A stretch of DNA of 63,616 nucleotides, filler included. It is 8 parts of 8 records of this genome, joined end to end, with 100 filler letters (N's around TTAATTAATTAA, not from the genome) between each part and the next. Parts side by side here need not be neighbours in the genome. Positions count along the whole stretch, not along the records: positions 59,474 to 63,616 come from SRR7504441_1705; 7 more parts are not named here. One strand, given 5' to 3'. The first letter of the stretch is position 1. Each line of letters begins with the position of its first letter. Below, in pieces: positions 59,500-63,616 of this stretch. The notes under the pieces are model-generated. The model saw nothing but the letters and a program-made list of their open reading frames with translations, was not told the origin of the DNA and did not search any database. The translations under genes and the position numbers were made by a program.

Positions 59500-60501
59500 A
59501 TGGGGACGCCACCGGGGGAGGCGGGCAGTTGGGGGCGGTTCGTGTTTGGGGTGGTCGGGATCTACGGCTCGTTCCTCAGCTGGGGCGCGCTGCAGGAGCG
59601 GATCACCTCGTATCGGGCCCCGGACACCGGCGAGCGTTTCGGGCACACGGCGCTCCTAAACTTGCTCTTCTACGCGAGCTCGCTGCTGCTGGCGCTGGTC
59701 GGAATGCGGAGCCAGGGCCGCGGCCTGTCTGGCCTGGCCGCCCGGTACCCGAGCCGCGCCAGGTTCGGCTGGGCGTGGGGCCGGATCGGGCTCTCCAACA
59801 CGCTGGCCTCGGCGCTCGGCTACGCCTCGCTCGACTATATCCCTTACCCGGTGCACCTGCTGGCCAAGAGCTCCAAACTGATCCCGGTGATGCTGGCCGG
59901 CGCGCTGATCAACAAGAAGCGCTACACCGGGCGGGAGATCGGGTGCGTCCTGCTGATCACGGCGGGGGTCTTTGTGTTCAGCTTCTCGCCTAAAGCCGGC
60001 GCGGCCGGGCCGGGTGGCACGGCGAGCACCTGGATCGGGCTGGGGCTGGTGCTGGCCAACCTGTGCTGCGACGGGTTCACAAACGGCTCGCAGGACGCCG
60101 AGAGGACAGAGCGCGGGGTGTCGAACTGGGAGATGATGTTCTGCACCAACGCGCCAGGGGTGGCCCTGCTGCTGATCCGGCTCTGCCTGCCCATAGCAGA
60201 CCCGGCCGGGGCCGCAGCGCTCGCGTTCCTGTACCGCAACCCGAGCCTGTACAAGCTGATTGCCGGATTCGCAGTGTGCGGGGCTCTCGGGCAGTGCTTT
60301 GTTTTCTACACAATATATCACTTTGGCTCGCTCAGCTGTCAAACGATAACACTCACCCGGAAGGCGATCCAGATCTTGCTATCGGTGCTGCTGTTTGGGC
60401 ATCAGATAAGCCCGACCCAATGGCTGGGCTGCGCTATGGTGTTCGGAGGCTTGTTCCTGAAGCAGATTAGCCGCCAACATCAACACCAGAAGCAGCAATG
60501 A
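59500..60501 (+). CDS. UAA-family nucleotide-sugar transporter (SLC35B1/HUT1-like)
   Basis: GIYGSFLSWGALQERI, YIPYPVHLLAKSSKLIPVM, DGFTN..QD, GQCFVF, TITLTRK. Confidence 0.92.
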   Translation: MGTPPGEAGSWGRFVFGVVGIYGSFLSWGALQERITSYRAPDTGERFGHTALLNLLFYASSLLLALVGMRSQGRGLSGLAARYPSRARFGWAWGRIGLSNTLASALGYASLDYIPYPVHLLAKSSKLIPVMLAGALINKKRYTGREIGCVLLITAGVFVFSFSPKAGAAGPGGTASTWIGLGLVLANLCCDGFTNGSQDAERTERGVSNWEMMFCTNAPGVALLLIRLCLPIADPAGAAALAFLYRNPSLYKLIAGFAVCGALGQCFVFYTIYHFGSLSCQTITLTRKAIQILLSVLLFGHQISPTQWLGCAMVFGGLFLKQISRQHQHQKQQ

Positions 60502-60671
60502 CCTTGTATGTACAGAGGCACAATTTGACTCACGATCGTCGCGGCTCGTGCTAATGACGGTCTCTAACCTTTTAAGTGCAGAGATACAATTAAAGCGTAA
60601 TTAATGAGAACCCTTTGACATGGCTAACTAGTAGGGTCTCTTAAGCGTGGACTCGTCGAGCCACAAATTAA

Positions 60672-63164
60672 TTAATCATTGATCCGTGCTAGACCTTGCT
60701 CATGTCCCGGACGAACCCGATTTCCTCTACAATCACGTTGATCTCGGCATCCAGCCTGTCGCGCTCCAAGTTGGACACCTTAAGTTGGTTCTCAACTTGT
60801 TGGCACCTCGCACTGCCCCAGTCTCAGCCAGCCGCACTGCCAACCGGCCACCGCTCAGCCTCGACCGCTTGCTTGGCCAGGGCCAGCTCGGCCTTGGTCT
60901 GCTCGTTCAGCTCCCGAGCCAGCTCGGCCTCCTGCGACTTTTTCTCCAACTGCTCGCGCAGCTCCTCAGCCCGCCGGTACGCCTTGTCGACCTTCAAACC
61001 CCGGTCAGCGCTCGCAGCTCAGGCTTCACCTTGTCTTGGGTCTTGGCGGTCTGCTCGTGCGCTTGCTCCGTCGCCGCGTGAGAATCGGCTGCGCCACCAG
61101 TCAGCGGCCTCGGCAGTTGTCCAGAGCACCGAGCGCTTGTTCGAGCTGAGCGTTGGTCGCCTCCTCGCGGCTGAATCTGGCATAGAGCGCGTGCACCTGC
61201 GAACACTCGGGCCACCCGCGGCCAGCCACCACCTTAGTATCGTTCACCGCCTGGTTCCAAAGCCGGTAACCGCGCGAGAGCTTCCTCTGTCCGGCTGGTG
61301 AGCTCATCATCAGGATGGGAGCGGACCAGCAAGGAGCTACTCAGCTGCTGATCGGCTTGTGAGATCATCATCAGAGCTTGCTTCTGCAGCTCCACAGCCC
61401 GCAGCTGCTCGCCCTTCCGGTCGCTCCTCTGAATCTGCCCCCCGCCGGCTCGGTCGCGGCCCAGCAGGTAGTGCGCCTCGAATAGTAGAGTATAGTAGGA
61501 CTATCTATAGCATAATATAAGTGCAGTACGGTATCAGTATAGCGGCGCTGGCCCACCAGGTAGTGCGCCTTGAGAGCAGAGAACGTGCTCGCGGTCAGCC
61601 CTAGCGACTTCTGTCGCATCACCATACCGAACTTCTTCATCTGCTCGGCCCGCTGCTGTGCGGCCGCCGCCTGGCTCCCAAAGTTGGCACGCATCCCTCC
61701 CACAGCCCAGATCAGCGCGTTCCTGTGCAAGATCTGCTGCATCTGCCGCCCGGCCGCCGTCCTGCTCGCCTCCTCCCGCCGGGCCGTTACAATCGCCAAC
61801 GCGCTCCTCCTGCCAGCCAGCTCAGCCGGTCGGGCGGCGTTTCAACTTGAGTCCATCGAACGTGACTCGGAGTGTCTGCGAGCTCTTCCTCCCGACCACC
61901 CGCGCCATCAGACGCTCGGCTTGCCGCCACTGCCGCTCGCGCTGCTTCTCGTCCGCATCTGCCCCGGCTCAGCCCGGGCCGCCGGGGGCTGTGCCTTGCT
62001 TCCGGGCCGCGTCTCGTTGGGCGCCGTGCTCGGCTCTTGCCTGGCCGGAGTCAGCGGGCGGGTGAGGCTGCGGGCGTACCTGCCGACTGAGCTGATCCCA
62101 GGCCCTGAAGCCTAGACTCAGTTTCCAGAAGCCCACCCGCTTGGCGAACAGCTTGATTTTGATCTCGGCCTGACCCGCTGTCGGCCAGGCGCGCACGGAT
62201 AGGCCGCCTGCGCCGCCATCGCCTGGTCGTGCGAGGCAGTGAGCGCCCCCATCGCCTCCTGCGCACTCTCACGCTCCTGCCAACGGTCAGCAGCCCGCAG
62301 CCGGCGGTTCACCGCGTCTATCTTGCGCTGCTGGTGCGCCGCCCGCCACCGGGCAAACCCTGCGGCAGCCCACTTGGTTTTGACCCGCTTGAGGTTTTGG
62401 CTAATGATCCCTTCGGTCTGCTGCTCCTCGCTGGAGCGCAGGCTGGCCTGCAGGCTGCTGCTCTTGTCGGTCAGCTGGGCCAGCTGCTCGGACAGCCGCG
62501 CCGCCCGCTCTCCAAACACGAAGCTGACCCAGCTGCCGCACGGCTGGCCAGAGTGCCATCGAGCGGCGCACCATCGGAGCCCGCGCAGCTTGGAGTGGTG
62601 CATCAGCCGAAGTCCGTTGAGCCTGGCCTTGGCCGAGTTGCCGTCCATCCGCATCTTGAACAGCTCGGCCTGGCACGCCCCCGCCACCAACTCCGACTTC
62701 TCGGCCTCCCAAGCCAGCCCCTTGGCCGCCTCCGCCAGCCTCTGGTAGACCGAGCGCGCCTCTGCCACCCGCTCGCCCCCGCGGGCCCGGCCCGGCCCAC
62801 CCGCGCAGCTCTGGCCGAGCAGTCCGATCTCGTCGATTAGCTCGCCTGGGGTCGGCTGGCCGGCCGCGCATATCTCGGCGGGGATGTCCTCTGGCCGCTT
62901 GGCGGCGCATCCGGAGACTGCCTGGCGGAGGGTCTGGGTCAGCCCGTCCAGCTCGGCCCGCGCCCCCGCGATCTCTGGCCCCGGGGCTGGTGGCCGGGCC
63001 TGGGCTGTGCCACCTCCGGCCCTGTCGGCCATCTGGCCAGCGTGCTGCAGCTCGGCCTGGTCCAGTCGCTGGCTGGCCAGCTGGTTGGCCGCCTTGAGCT
63101 GCTCCAGCTGCGACAGGATCTCCTCCAGCTCGGCCGTCGCCCGCCGCCGCGGAGGTTCCGCCAT
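60672..63164 (-). CDS. Long coiled-coil hypothetical protein (multi-exon)
   Basis: ORFs 62118-63164 and 61371-61799 plus downstream heptad-rich exons ending at TAA 60672. Confidence 0.55.
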
Positions 63165-63176
63165 CCCGCCGGCCGG

Positions 63177-63262
63177 CCTGCCCGGGTGACCCCTGCAGCA
63201 AATATTGCCAAACGGCTGTCAATCTTGATCAAACGGCCACAACCTGCCCGGGTGACCCCTGC
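63177..63262. repeat. Perfect 20-nt direct repeat CCTGCCCGGGTGACCCCTGC
   Basis: Copies at 63177-63196 and 63243-63262, just upstream of the minus-strand ATG at 63164. Confidence 0.85.
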
Positions 63263-63616
63263 GACGCGATCATGCCAATGTGAAGAAGGCCGAGGTAGGC
63301 CGCGCCTGCTGCCTGCCGGCCGTGCAGCCTGACCGGCCCGACCGTTTCAGGTGCCCGAGGACGGCAGCTCGCCGATGTGCTCCGGCGGCCACACAGCTTT
63401 CAACAGGCGCACCCCGGGCTGCTGGAATCCGGATGGACTCGGATCGACCAATTGTGACCAGAGTTGGTACGTGCTGGACCGGCCGAGGCGGTTGTGGTGC
63501 GATCGGTACCAGCTCTAGTGGCGGAGCGGCAGTCTGGCACCAGATTGGGTAGCGCCGTCAAAGTCCGCATCGAAAGGTGCTAGATGGCGGCGGCGCTGAT
63601 CGGGGCTGGGGCGGAG

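Noticed and set aside
41944-60501. Sulfatase, glycosyltransferase, oxygenase, amidohydrolase and transporters as tailoring or export genes of the PKS cluster
   Set aside because: They lie on different contigs among housekeeping genes, so adjacency in this window carries no linkage information.
41254-63616. Many long overlapping Arg/Pro/Ala/Gly-rich ORFs (e.g. 50289-51485 +, 48035-49030 +, 51442-52380 -)
   Set aside because: Shadow frames of high-GC genes with no recognisable motifs, opposite or overlapping better-supported CDSs.
1-63616. rRNA, tRNA, transposase, integrase or CRISPR features
   Set aside because: None recognised by eye. A covariance-model scan would be needed to exclude small ncRNAs.

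Overview
This is not one continuous locus. It is eight contigs of a gene-dense, intron-containing microbial eukaryote, joined by artificial 100-nt spacers (44 N + TTAATTAATTAA + 44 N). The main feature is contig 1 (1-20747). Its five apparent ORFs splice through four in-phase GT-AG introns into one reading frame of about 6,826 codons, open at both ends. It encodes an AT-less (trans-AT) hybrid PKS-NRPS megasynthase with this domain order: [KS]-DH-psiKR-ER-KR-ACP | KS*-ACP-luciferase-like monooxygenase-FNR-type flavin reductase | KS*-VOC(epimerase-like)-VOC-ACP | KS-ACP | C-Cy-A-T-SAM(sterile alpha motif) | KS0-Asub::Ox-T | KS. The other contigs carry MED14, CWC2, CBP20/NCBP2, a sulfatase, a GT2, an amidohydrolase, MFSD5/MOT2 and SLC35B1-type transporters, and several coiled-coil proteins. 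They also carry a nucleoside-hydrolase/HET-like/HEAT-repeat fusion that looks like an immune-type receptor, a FIST-domain protein, and a SET-like/2OG-oxygenase fusion. Genome-level features are about 40-nt introns with frequent GC donors, head-to-head gene pairs only 45-90 nt apart, and introns holding a duplicated exon end next to TAGTA-rich filler. All domain calls come from manual motif recognition. No database searches were run and domain boundaries are approximate.
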